Source: the human T2T-CHM13v2.0 reference genome, Homo sapiens
Length of the DNA stretch: 64,000 bases
Direction of reading: 5' to 3'
Assembly: GCA_009914755.4 (NCBI GenBank)
Contig: CP068257.2
Location: forward strand, 43,008,001-43,072,000
Shown here one piece after another: positions 1 through 14,400 of the stretch. The position numbers were made by a program, and so were the translations under genes. The notes beneath the pieces are model-generated. The model saw nothing but the letters and a program-made list of their open reading frames with translations. It was not told the origin of the DNA and did no database searches. Every line of letters starts with the position of its first letter. The stretch's first letter is position 1.

Positions 1-2395
1 AGCAGGTGGACTGTGGCTTTCTGGAGCCCCCTTCTCCAAATGTGTTGCTTATACCCAATGTGACAAAGAAGAACTGCTCTAATCAATAAATTCTTGAGTC
101 AGGAAATACGGGCTGGTGTGCACTTTCTGCTCTTCCCCTGAGCCCCTCTGCCTACTCCAAATCTGGGGTGTGGGACCCACTGTCTTGTTAAAGGCAGACA
201 GGACAGTGTCTCTCATTCCGAGATCAAACACTTGGAAGACAGCAGGCTTTGAAAGCAAATGTGATCAGCTCCACACTCTTCCTGCAGCCAAAGCCCTGCC
301 CACAGGGGATGAGCCTCCAAGCTGAGCCAGGGAGGGGAGCAGAGCTGAGTGGGCTCGGCCTCTGGTGAGCTTTGGGCCACCCGCCCATGCCTGTCCCCTG
401 CCAGTCCAAGCTAAAGCTGAGTCGGGAAGAAGCAGAAATCCCGTTCAGTTGGGACCTGAGAGCCCCAGGCACCGTGCTGGCCTCGTGGTGTGTGGGCCGT
501 GGAAAAGGTGCCCACACAGAGGGCTGCCCCGAGAGTTTGAGGGCCACTCTGTGTGCTCTGAAGCACTAGCAATTTCATGGGCCCCAAGAGGGGTCCTGGG
601 GTTACTCAGACGTCACTCATCCTACTCAGGGTTTAAGGCCTGGGTGAGGAGACACAGAGCAAAAAGACACCTTATCGATGAACCCTTAGGACAGTGGGAG
701 AGGATGAGGCTGTAGTCTCAGTGGACCACTAGCACTGGAGAGTGAAGAGGGCACTAGTGAGACCAGTCAGGTCAGCACCTCCTCAGGAGGCTGGGAGGGC
801 CCAGGGAAGAAGCAACAGAACAAAAACCCCAAGAGGACCTTGAACCAGAAAGTAGCTGAATTTAAACCCACGTGGACTCATAAATCTCTCAGTCTTCCAG
901 AGTTTATTCAACCCGTGTCCGTTACTTGCTTATTCAAATATTAAGAAAAATACGGCCATCCCCATAAATAAGTGGACAAAGGCCTTCATGGACCTTTCAT
1001 AGCACAAACAGTTAAAAAAAGAGGGGGAGATGTTTCCACCTCACCACTAACCAAAGGAACAGGGGAGCCTGAGGCACAGGGGAGTCGGCACAGGGCGCGC
1101 CAACATTGCTGAGGCCAAGCCGCTGTGCAGCCAGCGGGCAGACGCACCCAGGGCCGCAGCCTCCAGGGCACCAGAGACTTTCAGCCTCCCGATGGCTCCC
1201 GAGGGGAAAGGCAGGGACAGCCATGGCCGAGCACAGCTTGTGACACCCGGGCCCCTGTGCTCTCTGTGGCAGCTGACATGCAGGTCTGCTGGTGGCCGTG
1301 TGTCCATGCAACTGTCCAAGCCCACGCGGTCAAGCTGCCGTGCCAGACGCAGAGGAGAAACTAGGGCTGCAGTGGCGGGGTCCCCTCCCTTGTGAACGTG
1401 CGTGAAGGTGCTCACAGCACAGCGACAGCTCCGAGTGCTCTGCCCCTCCCAGGTCCCGGGGTGCCCCTCCTGTCTGTGAGGGAGATGCGGGACCCACTGA
1501 GTCAGGGTCAGCTGCTGCCTGCAAAGGCATCCCGTGAAACCACAGGAAACCGCAAAGCTCCCTCCACCGCCTGCTGGACAGAGCCGGACGGCTCCTGGGG
1601 ACCGGGGGAGGGTGTCTGTAAGGCGAGGACATGGTTGGTGCATGCTCGTCAGGGTGTGATCAGAGACCCTCCAGCCTGCAGACACCCTCGCCCAGTTGTA
1701 AGGGTGAGAGCACAGCCCCAGGCGAGGCTGCTGGCCTGGGAGGAGGGATGAGCAGCGGTCTGTGGAGGAGGCCTTCTAAGGAGTCCCCCTGCACCTCACA
1801 TGCTCATCAATACAGGGCATCCTGGTAACGGAAGTTTCTAGATATGGGCCTCTCAGCAGGAGGGGTACACTGGCTGGTGCTCCTCTTAGCTGATTTCTTG
1901 GTTCCCAAACGGCTCCCCCGCTACCCACGTGTGCCAACAGCCCCCTTCTACTGAGGACAGCACCCCCTCCAGGCAAATCCCACTCATACCCAGGACGTGC
2001 CCACACCCCTTCTCCCGTGTGGCCCACACGCATGCCACAGGGACCAAGCTGGCTCTGTCGGGGCAGCCCTCGGTTTTGGGGGCCAAGCTTCCCATTCTTG
2101 GAATTAGTGCAGGCATCCCCCATACAGGCCTCCCTCCTTCTGCAATAGCTTCAATGCCTGGATGGGAGCCAGGCCACCCTCAGGCCCAGCTTCGGGCCTT
2201 CCTGTGTGTGCAGTGGGCTTGGGCTGTGTCCTGAAGAGGCCCAGCCACGCGGATTCTCAGTGGACTCTTCCTTCCCAAGGAACCACGATGAAAGACGCCA
2301 CAGCCCACTGACGCACAGAGGAACCCAGGCTGCTCTCATGGCTTTGCACCGACCTCTTTCCTGGGCTGAACAGTGTCCCCTTAAAAAAAGACATG

Positions 2396-2690
2396 TTGGT
2401 CCAGACGTGGCGCATGCCTGTAATCTCAGCACCGTGGGAGGCCGAGGAGGGAGGACCACTCGAGCCCGGGAGTTCGAGAGCAGCCCAGGCAACACAGTGA
2501 GACCCCATCTCCACAGAAAATACAATACAATTTAGCTGAACATGGTGGTGTGCACCTCTAGTCCCAGCTACTCTGGTGGGAAGACGGCTTGAGCCTGGGA
2601 GGTCAAGGCTGCAGTGAGCCGTGATCGCGCCACTGCACTCCAGCCTGGGTGACCAGGCAAGACCCTCTCCAAAAAAAAAAAGAAAGAAAA
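2396..2690 (+). mobile_element. Alu SINE (full dimer, A-rich tail)
   Basis: Canonical Alu sequence: ...gcctgtaatctcagcac...gggaggccgagg... then right monomer and poly-A at 2672-2690. Confidence 0.85.
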
Positions 2691-2862
2691 GGTATATGTT
2701 GGATGCTGATCCCTCATACTGTAAACATGACCTTACGTGGAAACAGGACCTTTGCAGATGTAGTCAAGTTGAAGTGAAGTCATTAGTGGGGGACCCTGAG
2801 CCAACACCACTTCTGTTTTTATAAAAAGGCAAAATTTGCACACGAACGGGCACCTGGAGAAC

Positions 2863-2950
2863 GCCATGTGACGACGGCGGCAGAGACTGGGGCCACGTGA
2901 CGATGGCGGCAGAGACTGGGGCCACGTGACGACGGGGGCAGAGATTGGGC
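2863..2950. repeat. ~30-bp tandem repeat x3 (gccacgtgacgayggcggcagagactgggg)
   Basis: Three consecutive near-identical 29-30 bp units read directly from the sequence. Confidence 0.8.
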
Positions 2951-4404
2951 AATGCCCCTGCAGGCCAAGGACACCAAAGAAGGCAACAGGCCCAGAAAAC
3001 AGGACAGAGTCATCCCCCAGATGGGGACAGACTCTCCTTCACCACCATGGAAGGAACCAGCCCCACTGACGCCTTCACCTCGGACTGCAGTCCTCCAGAA
3101 CCGTGAGATGTGAGCTTCTGCCATGTCACATAGCTGGCGTGGGACTCTGTCACAGCAGCCCGCGGATGTCAACACGCCCTCCAGCTCCAGCCCCCAGTGA
3201 GGGTGGAGAGTCCAGGGAAATGGGGCTGGGGGCTGGGAAAGGAGTTCTGAGGGAAGTGCCTGGGGCCTGTGACCTCCTACAGGCCAAGGGACAGGCCACA
3301 GAGATCCCCAGAGGTGGACGGAGTCCTCTGAAGAGGGGACAACCATGGCTTGGCTCTGACACACCCAAGAAGTCTGAGGCCGGAATCTGCAGATGCTCTG
3401 GGGGAGGACAGGGTGACACTCCCTGATGGTCCCCCAGGTCCAGGTGGCGCCCCACCAGGGAGGGGGCACCAGGGGTGGACTCAGGCTCTGCAGTAGAACC
3501 TGGGGAGAGGACAGGTCTTGGCAGAAGGAAGCTGTTGGCACCAGCTAGAGTAGAGCCTCTTCCAGGCTGGGGGAGCCACAGGGAAAAAGCTCCCACAATG
3601 GACAGGCCACGAGCGGGAGAGTGAGGCCGAAGCCCTGGCAAGCAGAGAGAGTGACAGCCCAGTCACCACAGGTCTCCAGAGAGGAGACTTGTCTCTCCTC
3701 CCCTTTTCTTCTCCTTGCCTCCCCCACACAGCCCCAGACAGCTCACGGCTGTGGCTGGCAAGACCACGCAGTGTGTAGAAACACCAGGCTGTGAGACAGA
3801 GAAGTTGGATGTGTGTCCTGTGGCCACAAACTTAGTAGCTTCGAACAACACGAATGGATCATCTCATAGCAGTGGAGGTCCGAAGTCTGCTGTGGGTCTC
3901 ACAGGGCTAAAATCAAGGCATGGGCAGGGCGGGTTCCTTCGGGAGGCTGCAGGAGAGAATCTTTCCTCATCTCTTTCAGCTTCTGGAAATGGCTCGAGCC
4001 CTTGGTTCAGGGCTAGCAGCAGGCATCTCACTCACACCTGCCATGACCTTCTCCTCTGGCCAAATGTCCTCCTCCCTCCTTCTGATAAGGACCCTGTGGA
4101 GACACTGGGCCCACCTGGATAATCCAGGGTACTCTCCCATTAGCCACACCTTATGGTCCACACATATTAAGTTCCCTTAATTAGCCACACGTGTGAAGTC
4201 CCTGCTGCCACAAAAGGTGACACTCATAGGTTCTGAGAACCAGGATGTGGACATCATTGGCGACCATACTCAGCTGGCCACAGAAGTTCACCTCTATGGA
4301 CTAAGGGGAAAAAAATCAAGCTTTTAAAAAATGAAAGTTAGTTTGCTTCAGAAGTCTTACTGAGGACTATAGACCGAGGCCTATATAGCCCAGGAGCAGT
4401 TTAG

Positions 4405-4735
<331 letters not shown>

Positions 4736-5329
4736 CCATTCTCTAAAAGTTTAATTTTTTTCCTTAGATGAAAATCACAGTGACCCAGATAGGACTCAGA
4801 GTGGACTGCTCAGGGACGTCTGGAACACTGCGGGGACCCAGCACCCCGGTACCAGCACAGGCCACTTGAGCCCCCACGGCTCCTCCATGGTTACAGGTGA
4901 CTGAGTGACTCTCTCCTGAGTCTCTGACCTCCCACTTGGTTGAGAGTCCTGAGTTGTATTCAGTTAGTTCATTTTACTTCTTGCTGAAGGGGTACATTCT
5001 TCTGTGAGACTTTTTATGTCTTACGAAGGGGGAATTCTCCTCGTTGAAAGATACTAGGTAGGAATGGCTTCATGTGTAACCCATACAGAGTCTATACTTG
5101 CAAGTATCTTTCTAGAAGTAAGGGGTTAGCTAAAGGAGATTGAACACTGAAATGGCCAAAACTGGGATTCTCAAACATTAAGGCGTGCCAGGTTTTCTGG
5201 GACTCCAGTTGACTACATATCATGGCCCATTCTTGTACACATTTTTAAATAGTTAAATTATATCAAGGAAAAGTCAGAACTCAGAATCATCAACCTGCAA
5301 ATATAGGGTTAAAATGTAGAGTCTTCTGG

Positions 5330-5633
<304 letters not shown>

Positions 5634-6728
5634 CTAGTCCTTGCCTTTTCCTGAACAAGATAACGTCTTATAGGGCGAGTGATGATGCCTCTGCGGTCCA
5701 TAACCAGATGTGCTCCTGCCCCCAAACCCGGATGTGATTCTGCTTTGATGCAGCTTCTGAGCCAGTTTCATGTGATCTGCACGTGCTGACCTCCCGCCAC
5801 CTGCATATGAACTGTGAGCTGAAACCCGGGGCGGAGCCTCTGACAGGGCTGCCCCCGGGCTGGTGTGAGCTGAAACACGGAGCCGGAATCTCTGACAGAG
5901 CTGCCCCCAGCTAGAAACCTCACTCTTCTATAGTCCTCGGTAAAACTTCTGAGTAAAGCTCACTTTAATTCCTTAAAAGCTTTTTTTATCAACACCACAA
6001 ACCTCTTTCCCATCCAGTTGGATGAAGGAGTAGCTATAGATTTAAATTTAGTTTAAGGTTTTAATTTCTTGACAAGAGTGGGTTGCACATACCAGCTAAT
6101 AAGCAGATGGCCCGTTTTACCTAAAATGGATCAAACTACAAAATTAGTGATTTGTCCTCAATCTCACCCAGAAGAGAGTAAGAACTGACCTCATAAATTT
6201 AAGGAACAAAGTGGGACGAAGGAAGCCTGATGTGACTGGGGTTGGGGGTTCCCATCAGGCCAAGCTCAGGAGCACGGCCCACTAGCCCGAGAGGGTGCTG
6301 TTGAGAGGCCGCTCACCAGGCCTAACATTCATCTGGTACCTGCCCCTTCTCTGCAGGGAAGGAGCTTTCCAGAATCCTGGGGAAGGTACCTCCTGAGGAA
6401 GGAGTGTGGGAAAGACACTGAGGAGAAGGCATCACACAGACTCAGGTGAGCACTCAGCATCTGGTATTTATGATATTTGCAAGAGACCTAACATCAGACA
6501 GTGCGGAGGGCCCTGTGGATGGCCCAGGCTGTGAACCCAGGAGAAACTGTGTAGAAAGGCGCATGGCCTCACCGGCTGGGATCTAGTGACGGTGCCGCAA
6601 AGGAGGCAGGCGGTCTAGTCAGGTGACGACAGTTTGCTGCGGGAGGATGTGGGGACTGCCTGGCAGGAGTTCAGAGAGCCTGCTGGCTTCTGACCTCGCA
6701 CCTACGAGGGTCATAGGAGGCCACCTGC

Positions 6729-7067
6729 TCAGCAGCCGGTGGGGGTGCTCCAGGTGACAGGTCTATAGACCAGGGTGGGGCAGAAGGGCTGGCAGCACCC
6801 AGAGGTTGGGCAGAAGGAAGCCACACACAAAACAGGCTTGCAGCTCACAGGCACACAGCAGGCCACCTGGCAGGGGCTGGGCACACAGCAGGCTGGCTGG
6901 CAGCAGGTGGATACCCCACACAGGGGCCGGCACAGCAGAGCCACACAGGGGGCTGAGCAGCAGCAGGAGGTCCCATAGCCCTCGGGTGGGTAGCAGGTGC
7001 TGGGGACACAGCACGGGGAGCCAGGGCAGGCCATTGGGCAGCCCGAAGAGTGGCTGGTGTGGCACAT
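6729..7067 (-). CDS. KRTAP12-4: Keratin-associated protein 12-4 (112 aa, single exon, high-sulfur, Cys-rich)
   Basis: The 112-aa ORF starts MCHTSHSSGCPMACPGSPCCVPSTCYPPEGYGTSCCC... and has CCQP/CCVP pentapeptide repeats. Its length matches KRTAP12-4. It sits at the position expected for the first KRTAP12 gene in the 21q22.3 order 12-4(-), 12-3(+), 12-2(-), 12-1(-), KRTAP10-12(+). Confidence 0.8.
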   Translation of the reverse strand: MCHTSHSSGCPMACPGSPCCVPSTCYPPEGYGTSCCCSAPCVALLCRPLCGVSTCCQPACCVPSPCQVACCVPVSCKPVLCVASFCPTSGCCQPFCPTLVYRPVTWSTPTGC

Positions 7068-7129
7068 GATGGAGTGTGGACAGGTGGGGGGCGCAGAGGA
7101 CAGGGCTGGTCTGGAGCCTGCTTCCTTAG

Positions 7130-7150
7130 GTGGCCTTTATACCCAGGCTA
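7130..7150 (-). promoter_or_regulatory. TATA box (ggtataaagg on minus strand) of KRTAP12-4
   Basis: Plus-strand cctttatacc at 7134-7143, about 70 bp upstream (minus sense) of the ATG. The same motif is conserved in all KRTAP12 paralogs in the window. Confidence 0.7.
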
Positions 7151-8859
7151 CCGGCATCCTGGCAACAAGCCCCCTGGCATCTTCCTCGTGGGTGGTTTTT
7201 CCTCCTCTGCCCTGTCTGGTTGATCTTTCTGTGTTTTTCTGTTGAGGTTACTCAGTTCAGGAAACTCTTTCAGCTAGGGGTGCCCTATCATTCAGCAGAC
7301 AGTGTTTCCTGGAAACAGAGCAGGGGTAGCTGGTGAAGGGCTGTCAGTGAGGCCAGGGGCCCACCTCATGGATGTTCAAGGTCCCCCCGTTGTAAATGCC
7401 ATCTGGAGCTCACACAAGCACAGTCACACTCACTACACCAGGGGCCCCGTTTTGACTGAGAAGCTCAGTCATCATCAGGGTCTTCCCAAGTAACGAGAGC
7501 CAAACTACTGGGCTCTATATTGTGGAATAATAATGATGATTATTGAGGTAACAGTAATGCACAGAGGTCTAGCACTGTGCCAGGCTGTGATTATCTCATT
7601 CATCTTTGCCAGCATTCGGGGTGGCTGATACCCCATTTTACAGATGTGCAATTTGTAAGTCATAGAGGGTTTGCACAATGGGTGCGTGTCCACTGCAGAG
7701 ATGCAGGGATCTGGACTGCTTAGTTTCACTCTGGGATCCATGGTCGTTACCGCTGTGCCAAATTATACTAGGGCTTGAAGGTTCAATAAGTGACTCATCC
7801 TGAAGTCCTGAACCAGCTCGGACAGAGAAGATGGATGAAAACATCAGCCACGTTGGCGTCTGCAGAGCATGGCTCAGGCGTGTGACCACAGTGGGCTTCC
7901 TGACACCACACCTCAGAAGTGCCCACTTCCCACGAGTAGCACTAATGGCCACAGGACACCTCCTCTGCAGACGGAGCCCAGGAGGACCCATCACGGAGTG
8001 GGGCATGAGCTATTCATATCTGGTTCCTCTCCCTCGCTGTGGGTCTGATCAGTCTCACCCCTGCAGAGGCAGCTTGGGGGAAAGTGAGGAGCTGGTGTGA
8101 AATTCCAGGATGCCCCTGCACTTGGGAAGCAGCGGGCAGGAGTGTGGATGACACGTTCCTCCTCACACTCCAGCTCTGTTCTCTTGATGGATTGGCCACA
8201 GCGCTTTATTCTACGGTGGTGTCACACGGTGGGGGATGAGCCATCTCTCAGGGCAGAGCTACTCTGTCCATCCCAGGCAGCTCCCAGGGGCACCCTCTGC
8301 TCCTGTGTGGGTCCTCCTGTGCCTGCTGGTGGTGGATATGGGTGATTCCTGCCAAGAAGCCTTCAGACAAGTCAGACACCACGTTAATGAAATCCCCTCC
8401 AAGGCTGAAGACCAAGTGGGGTCTCAGAGCTGTGGACAGAACTTAGAAGTCTATGGACCCAGAGCCGATCTGTGGCCATGTGGGAGTCACCTTAAGGCCT
8501 AGGGACAAGCCGGGTGAGGCCACAAGTTCACAGGCAACTCCTTTCACTGCTATAGTTCAGAATCACACTTAAAAACCAAGAGAATTGGGGCAGCCACAGT
8601 GATTGTGAGCTAGTCACCAAGTAATCCATTTTAAAAGTTGGTTGTCTTACGAGTCGATTACAGAAGAACAAGGATGCGTCTTTGATATTTATCTGCTCCT
8701 TTACCTTCCCCTGTCCCTCCTACTCCTTCCTGCAGGTCAGGGCCCACCTGGCCTCATCCTAGTCAACCTAAAGGACATCCGTGCACGTCACCTGCAGTGC
8801 ACATCTGCAGGGGAGGATTTCTCCCAGCTTTTGCTCTTCTGAACAGGTTTTTACCTCAA

Positions 8860-9400
8860 CATGTTTTGAAGGATTTTTTTCATAGGTATAGAATTCTGGG
8901 TTGGCAAATTTTTTTTGAGCATTTTAAAGAAGTTGTTCCATTGTCTTCTGGCCTCCACTGTTTTTGCTGAGAAGTGAGGGATTTTCTCATCCTTGCAAGA
9001 ACCTTATACCTTGTATGAGAAGTGTCTTTTTTTTCCACTGTCTTCAATAATTTTTTGGTTTTCATTACTCTTACTATTTGATGCTTGGATATGGTTTTCT
9101 TTGTGTTGATCCTCCTAAAGGTTCTGAGATTCTTGGGTCTGTAAGTTGTTATTTTTTAAATCATATATGGTGCCTTGGGCCATTATTTTTTTGAAACTTA
9201 TTTATGGTTCAGTATCGCTCTCTTCTCTTTCCAAGGTTCAAACTACTAGTATGTTAGACAGTTCAGTACTGTCTCATATTTCTTTTCATTTTTCTAGATT
9301 CTTTCTCCTCTTCTTGAGACAAGATAATTTCTACTGGTGTGTCTTCAGGTTCACTGATTCTTTTTCCATCTGACTCCTAACCCCAAATCCCAGACCCCCC
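8860..9400. repeat. AT-rich interspersed-repeat-like segment (unclassified)
   Basis: Low-complexity T-rich sequence with the feel of an old transposon fragment. I could not assign it to a family. Confidence 0.25.
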
Positions 9401-10350
9401 CAGCATGGGATTCTGATGCTTGGTTCTTGGGTCCTCATGATCTGACCAGTTCACCTGCACCCATGGCCCAACACCCAGAGTACAGGATTCCTGCCTCCCC
9501 TGGACATACCAGTTTCTGAAGCAGCATCCTCACTCTCTCCATGGCCACATTGTCTCCTCACAGACGCCCCCCAGACCACCCACCAGCACCCCCATTACTA
9601 TCTCCTGAACCCATTTTCCCCAGCACTCAGCCCTGTATGGAATTATTTCATGCATTCATTTCTTCCTTTACTCATTTATTCATTGCCCACTGCTAGAATG
9701 CTCTTGAGGCCAAGACCTCGTTGCTGCTGGTACACAATATATATTTGTTGCATTAACAAATAACTTCTTGTATAGATTACTCTATGGCAGGGTTGGCTAA
9801 CTTTCTGTAAAGGGCAGACAGCAAATATTTTAGCCTTTGCATGTTACAGTCTCTTCCATAACTATTCAGTTGTGCCACTATAGTGCAAAAGAAGCCACAG
9901 ACAACACATAAACTAATGACATGCTGTGATCCAATAAGAGTTCATTTGAAAAACAGGCAGTGGGCCAAATGTGGCTCACAGACGATAGTTTGCCAACCTA
10001 TGCTTTAAAGTTTTACTCTACAAAATTAAAGCTCAAAATACATTATTGCCTCAACATCTTCCTTGATAGCATGAAACAAAAGTGAAACAACAGGATTCGG
10101 TACTTTGAGTCGAGCCAGTGGTGCTATGTGCACGGTAGTAGCCTGAAAAAAATTGACAAAAAACCTGCATAACGTCAAACCAGAACATCCTGTTTACAGA
10201 AGAAACTAACCTCAAGGCCGAAGCTATTTATGGTGGAGCATGACGCGGGAAAGTACACGCGGGAAAATAAGATGTTGGGAAACACAGTGGAAACAACCAC
10301 AAGGAAGACAACAGTTGTGTTTTTGTGTTACCCAGATGACGGGACCCAGG

Positions 10351-10360
10351 TATAAAGACC
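10351..10360 (+). promoter_or_regulatory. TATA box (ggtataaagacc) of KRTAP12-3
   Basis: tataaagacc lies about 70 bp upstream of the ATG at 10426. The motif is shared with the other KRTAP12 promoters. Confidence 0.7.
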
Positions 10361-10425
10361 ACCAGAGAAGCAGCTTCCAGACATCACCATCCTCCTCCCC
10401 AGTACCAGCCCAGCCACACGCCACC

Positions 10426-10716
10426 ATGTGCCACACCAGCTGCTCCCCAGCCTGCCAGCCAACCTGCTGCATACGCAGCCCCTGCCAGGCATCCTGCTAT
10501 GTGCCCGTGAGCTGCCAGTCCTCCGTGTGCATGCCCGTGAGCTGCACGCGCATTGTGTGCGTGGCTCCCTCCTGCCAGCCCTCCGTGTGCGTGCCCGTGA
10601 GCTGCAGGCCCATCATATATGTGACTCCCTCTTGCCAATCTTCGGGGTGCTGCCAGCCCCCCTGCACCACTGCCCTCTGCAGACCCATCTCCTGCAGCAC
10701 CCCTTCCTGCTGCTGA
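10426..10716 (+). CDS. KRTAP12-3: Keratin-associated protein 12-3 (96 aa, single exon)
   Basis: ORF MCHTSCSPACQPTCCIRSPCQASCYVPVSCQSSVCMPVSC...CRPISCSTPSCC is 96 aa, as is KRTAP12-3. It is on the + strand, as expected for 12-3 in the cluster order. Confidence 0.8.
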   Translation: MCHTSCSPACQPTCCIRSPCQASCYVPVSCQSSVCMPVSCTRIVCVAPSCQPSVCVPVSCRPIIYVTPSCQSSGCCQPPCTTALCRPISCSTPSCC

Positions 10717-10957
10717 CCAGCTGCTCCTGGTACACGGGGGTACACACCCGTATCCCTCCGTGAATAAGCATCTGGTGGACCCCCAGATTGCACACATAGG
10801 GCAGATGAAAAGCATGCCCAAGGAAACCTCTGAACTCTGGGGTGAGAACGTGGAAAAATGATTCAGACCTCCCGTGACCTTGGGAACCCCTCAAGGAAGT
10901 CTTGGCTGCCAGAGTCCTTCTCTCACTCCAGCAGGAAACTAAAACCCATGTGAGCCA

Positions 10958-10963
10958 AATAAA
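10958..10963 (+). terminator. Polyadenylation signal AATAAA for KRTAP12-3
   Basis: gagccaaataaatcgg lies about 240 bp downstream of the stop codon. Confidence 0.6.
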
Positions 10964-11173
10964 TCGGCTGTCCCTATACACCTCGTCTCTCTCTTTTATC
11001 TTCATGTATTTCGTAAGTTCTTTCCTTGAAGGTACATACCAACTTCGATGGCAGCAGCACCTCTTCAGAGAGCCACCTTCCTGATGGCTGAGCTGAAGTG
11101 GAGGGTCCTTGGTTGGGGGAGTGGCCTGAAGGTTCTGTCCCCCGACTCCCTCCCCAAGCCTTGCACTGTGGGG

Positions 11174-11290
11174 TAATAAGATGTTGGGAAACACAGTGGA
11201 AACCACCATGAGGAAGACAACTCTTGCGTTTTTATGTTACCCAGATGCCTGGGACCCGGGTATAAAGACCACCAGAGAAGAAGCTTCCAG
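11174..11290 (+). promoter_or_regulatory. Orphan duplicate of the KRTAP12 promoter (includes the TATA box at 11271-11280), not followed by a KRTAP ORF
   Basis: Near-identical to 10266-10382 (aataagatgttgggaaacacagtggaaac...gggtataaagaccaccagagaag). The homology ends right after cttccag. Confidence 0.75.
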
Positions 11291-11726
11291 ATGGAGCGTG
11301 TTGGGGGAGGGTAGAAGAAAACAATCCTCTACCCAGAAGGATGGACAAGAAATAGTCCTGGGCCCCAGATCCCATGCAATACCTCAAAGGATTACTGTGG
11401 CAAAGAGGGCAGGAAACTCTTTCAAACAACACCCACCACAAATACAGAGCAGAGTTCGTCTACCCCGGGAGGGGTAGCAGGAAGTCGAAGAAAGTCTCAT
11501 TCTCCAAGTCCCACATGCAAAGGGCCTGCCTAAGACTGACACTGGACCAGGACAACAGAGAGCCCTCCTTTCTCCAGCTCCAGCCTAGCAGGCACAGCTC
11601 AATAAGCAACGTCAGCCTGCCTCTGGGGAAAGGCAGAAGTGTGTAGAGATCTCCTCTGAACGTCAGGCATGCAGGGGCGTGTGAAACTTAGGGTGGAGCA
11701 AAAGCGCTGACCTCCCCACCCCTCAT

Positions 11727-11808
11727 CCTAAGCACAAGCACTGATACACCCTAAGCACAAGCACTGATACACCCTAAGCACAAGCACTGATACACCCTAA
11801 GCACAAGC
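11727..11808. repeat. 22-bp tandem repeat x~3.7 (cctaagcacaagcactgataca)
   Basis: Perfect tandem copies read directly from the sequence. Confidence 0.85.
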
Positions 11809-12047
11809 GGTTGGTGCACTGAAGGTAACCACAGTAACAACAAAACCCAAACCACGGTCAATGTCTGACCAGATTGACTCATCCACCTCCCCCCACACAC
11901 TAATGGCCTGACAGAAAAAGAGACGCACGCATTTCCAGAAGGAACTGATGATGTCTGATATTCAATAAAAAATTATAAGATATGCAAAAAAGCAAGGAAA
12001 AACCAAGCCATTGTTGGGAGACAAAGAAATCAATAAAACTGGATTCA

Positions 12048-12210
<163 letters not shown>

Positions 12211-12239
12211 CAGAAAGTAGAAAGTAAAATCACACAGGT

Positions 12240-13100
12240 GTTAGAGCTATCAGGTATAAACTTTACAATAACTATAATGAATAGATTAAAAGATCAAGAG
12301 TAAAGCATTAAAAACATAAATGAACAGATGGGTAATTTCAGCAGAGAAATGGAAACTATAAGAAAGGTCAAGTGGATATGGTAAAAATCAAAATACGGTA
12401 TCACAGATGGCTTCCTTCAGTGGGTTCATCAGTATACTTGATACAACCAGGTGTGGAAGCTTTGAATTTGAAAACGTGTAAATGTAAATTGACCAAATTA
12501 AAACACAAAGAGAAAGAGAAAGAGAAGGGTGGAGGGAGACAAGAGCAAAACATCAAATCCTCATTTATGGATGTAATTGGAGTCCCTCAAAGAGAAGAAA
12601 GAGAGGGCAGGGCAGAAGAAATATTTAAAGAGGTAATAGTTGAGAAATATTCTAAAAATAATGAAATACATAAAGTCCCATATCCAAAAAGTTCGGAGAA
12701 CCCCAAATTGGGTAACTATATCCCCACCACAAATGACTAGACATGTCACATTAAATCTGTGACTGACAAAAACCAAAGGTAAAAAGGGAAATCTTGAAAG
12801 CATCAATATTTTAAAAGCAGACTACGAGCATAAGGACAAAGGTAGAGTTTACATCAGACTTCTAATCAGAAATCACAGGACCGAAAGTACATCTTTAAAA
12901 TACTGAAAGAAAATCCGTCGACCCTATGACACTAAAAGTGTCTTTCAAAAATGAAAGAAAACACTTTTTCAGATGAACAAAAACTGAAAAGACTTCATTA
13001 ACAGCACACGTGCACTATAAGAAATTCTTAAAAAATTTCTTTGAGCCAAGGAATATGATAGCAGAGAGACACTTGAATCCACACAAAGAAAAGACCACGT
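12240..13100 (+). mobile_element. Old L1 (L1M-type) fragment, ORF1 region
   Basis: Translations resemble the L1 ORF1 C-terminus (e.g. ...NIKSSFMDVIGVPQREEREGRAEEIFKEVIVE...). The fragment is interrupted by Alu insertions at 13104. Confidence 0.55.
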
Positions 13101-13103
13101 CTT

Positions 13104-13400
<297 letters not shown>

Positions 13401-13429
13401 TTATTTTAAAAGAAGATAAATATAAATAG

Positions 13430-13722
<293 letters not shown>

Positions 13723-13964
13723 CATTATAACTAATTGACTGTCCAGAGCAAAAATAGTGACAGTGCATTGTGGGGTTTTTAACATAAGTAAAAGTAAAAC
13801 ATGGCAACAATAACACGAGGAATATAAAAGAGGACATGGAGGTACACTGCCGTAAAGTCCTGCCACTTACAGATGAAGTAGCGTCATATTACCCGGAGGT
13901 ATCCTTTGTTACAGTAAAGGTATGTATTGTAACTCTTAGGCCAAATAAGTTTGAAAGGACGTAT

Positions 13965-14400
13965 TAGGCTATTATCGCCTTGCTATAAGGAAATACCTGA
14001 GACTGGGTAATTTATAAAGAAAGGAGGTTTAATTGGCTCACAGTTCTGCAAGCTGTACAGGAAGCATAATACTGGCATCTGCTCAGCTTCTGGGGAGGCA
14101 GAATTGTGAGGAAACTTACAAGCACTGTGGAAGGTGAAGGGGGAGCAGGCACATCACGTGGCCAGAGCAGGAGCAGGAGAGAAAGACGGGGCTGGGGGAG
14201 GGGCCACACGCCTTTAAACAACCAGGTCTCCCAAGAACTCACTCACTGTCGCAAGGACAGCACCAAGGGGATGACGCTTAACCATTCATGAGAAATCCAC
14301 CCCCGTGATCCAATCACCTCCCACCAGGCCCCACCTCCAACACTGGAGATTACAATTCAACATGAGATTTGGGCGGGGACACAAATCCAAACTATATCAA
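13965..14400 (+). mobile_element. MaLR-type solo LTR (THE1/MST-like), in opposite orientation to the two copies at 25080 and 30600
   Basis: Reverse-complement similarity to the MaLR LTR terminus (...gggtaatttataaagaaaggaggtttaattggctcacagttctgcaagctgtacagg...ccaaactatatca). Confidence 0.6.

Noticed and set aside
10384-10821. Long antisense ORFs overlapping the KRTAP genes (e.g. 10384-10821(-) 145 aa; 18826-19302(-) 158 aa; 18892-19299(+) 135 aa; 49668-50069(-); 49841-50446(+) 201 aa; 54547-55197(-) 216 aa)
   Set aside because: These are alternative-frame or antisense readings of GC-rich, stop-codon-poor repetitive KRTAP coding sequence (CAG/CTG/GCC-rich), which naturally stay open in several frames. 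They have no independent start or promoter context. Only the Cys-rich frame matches a known protein family.
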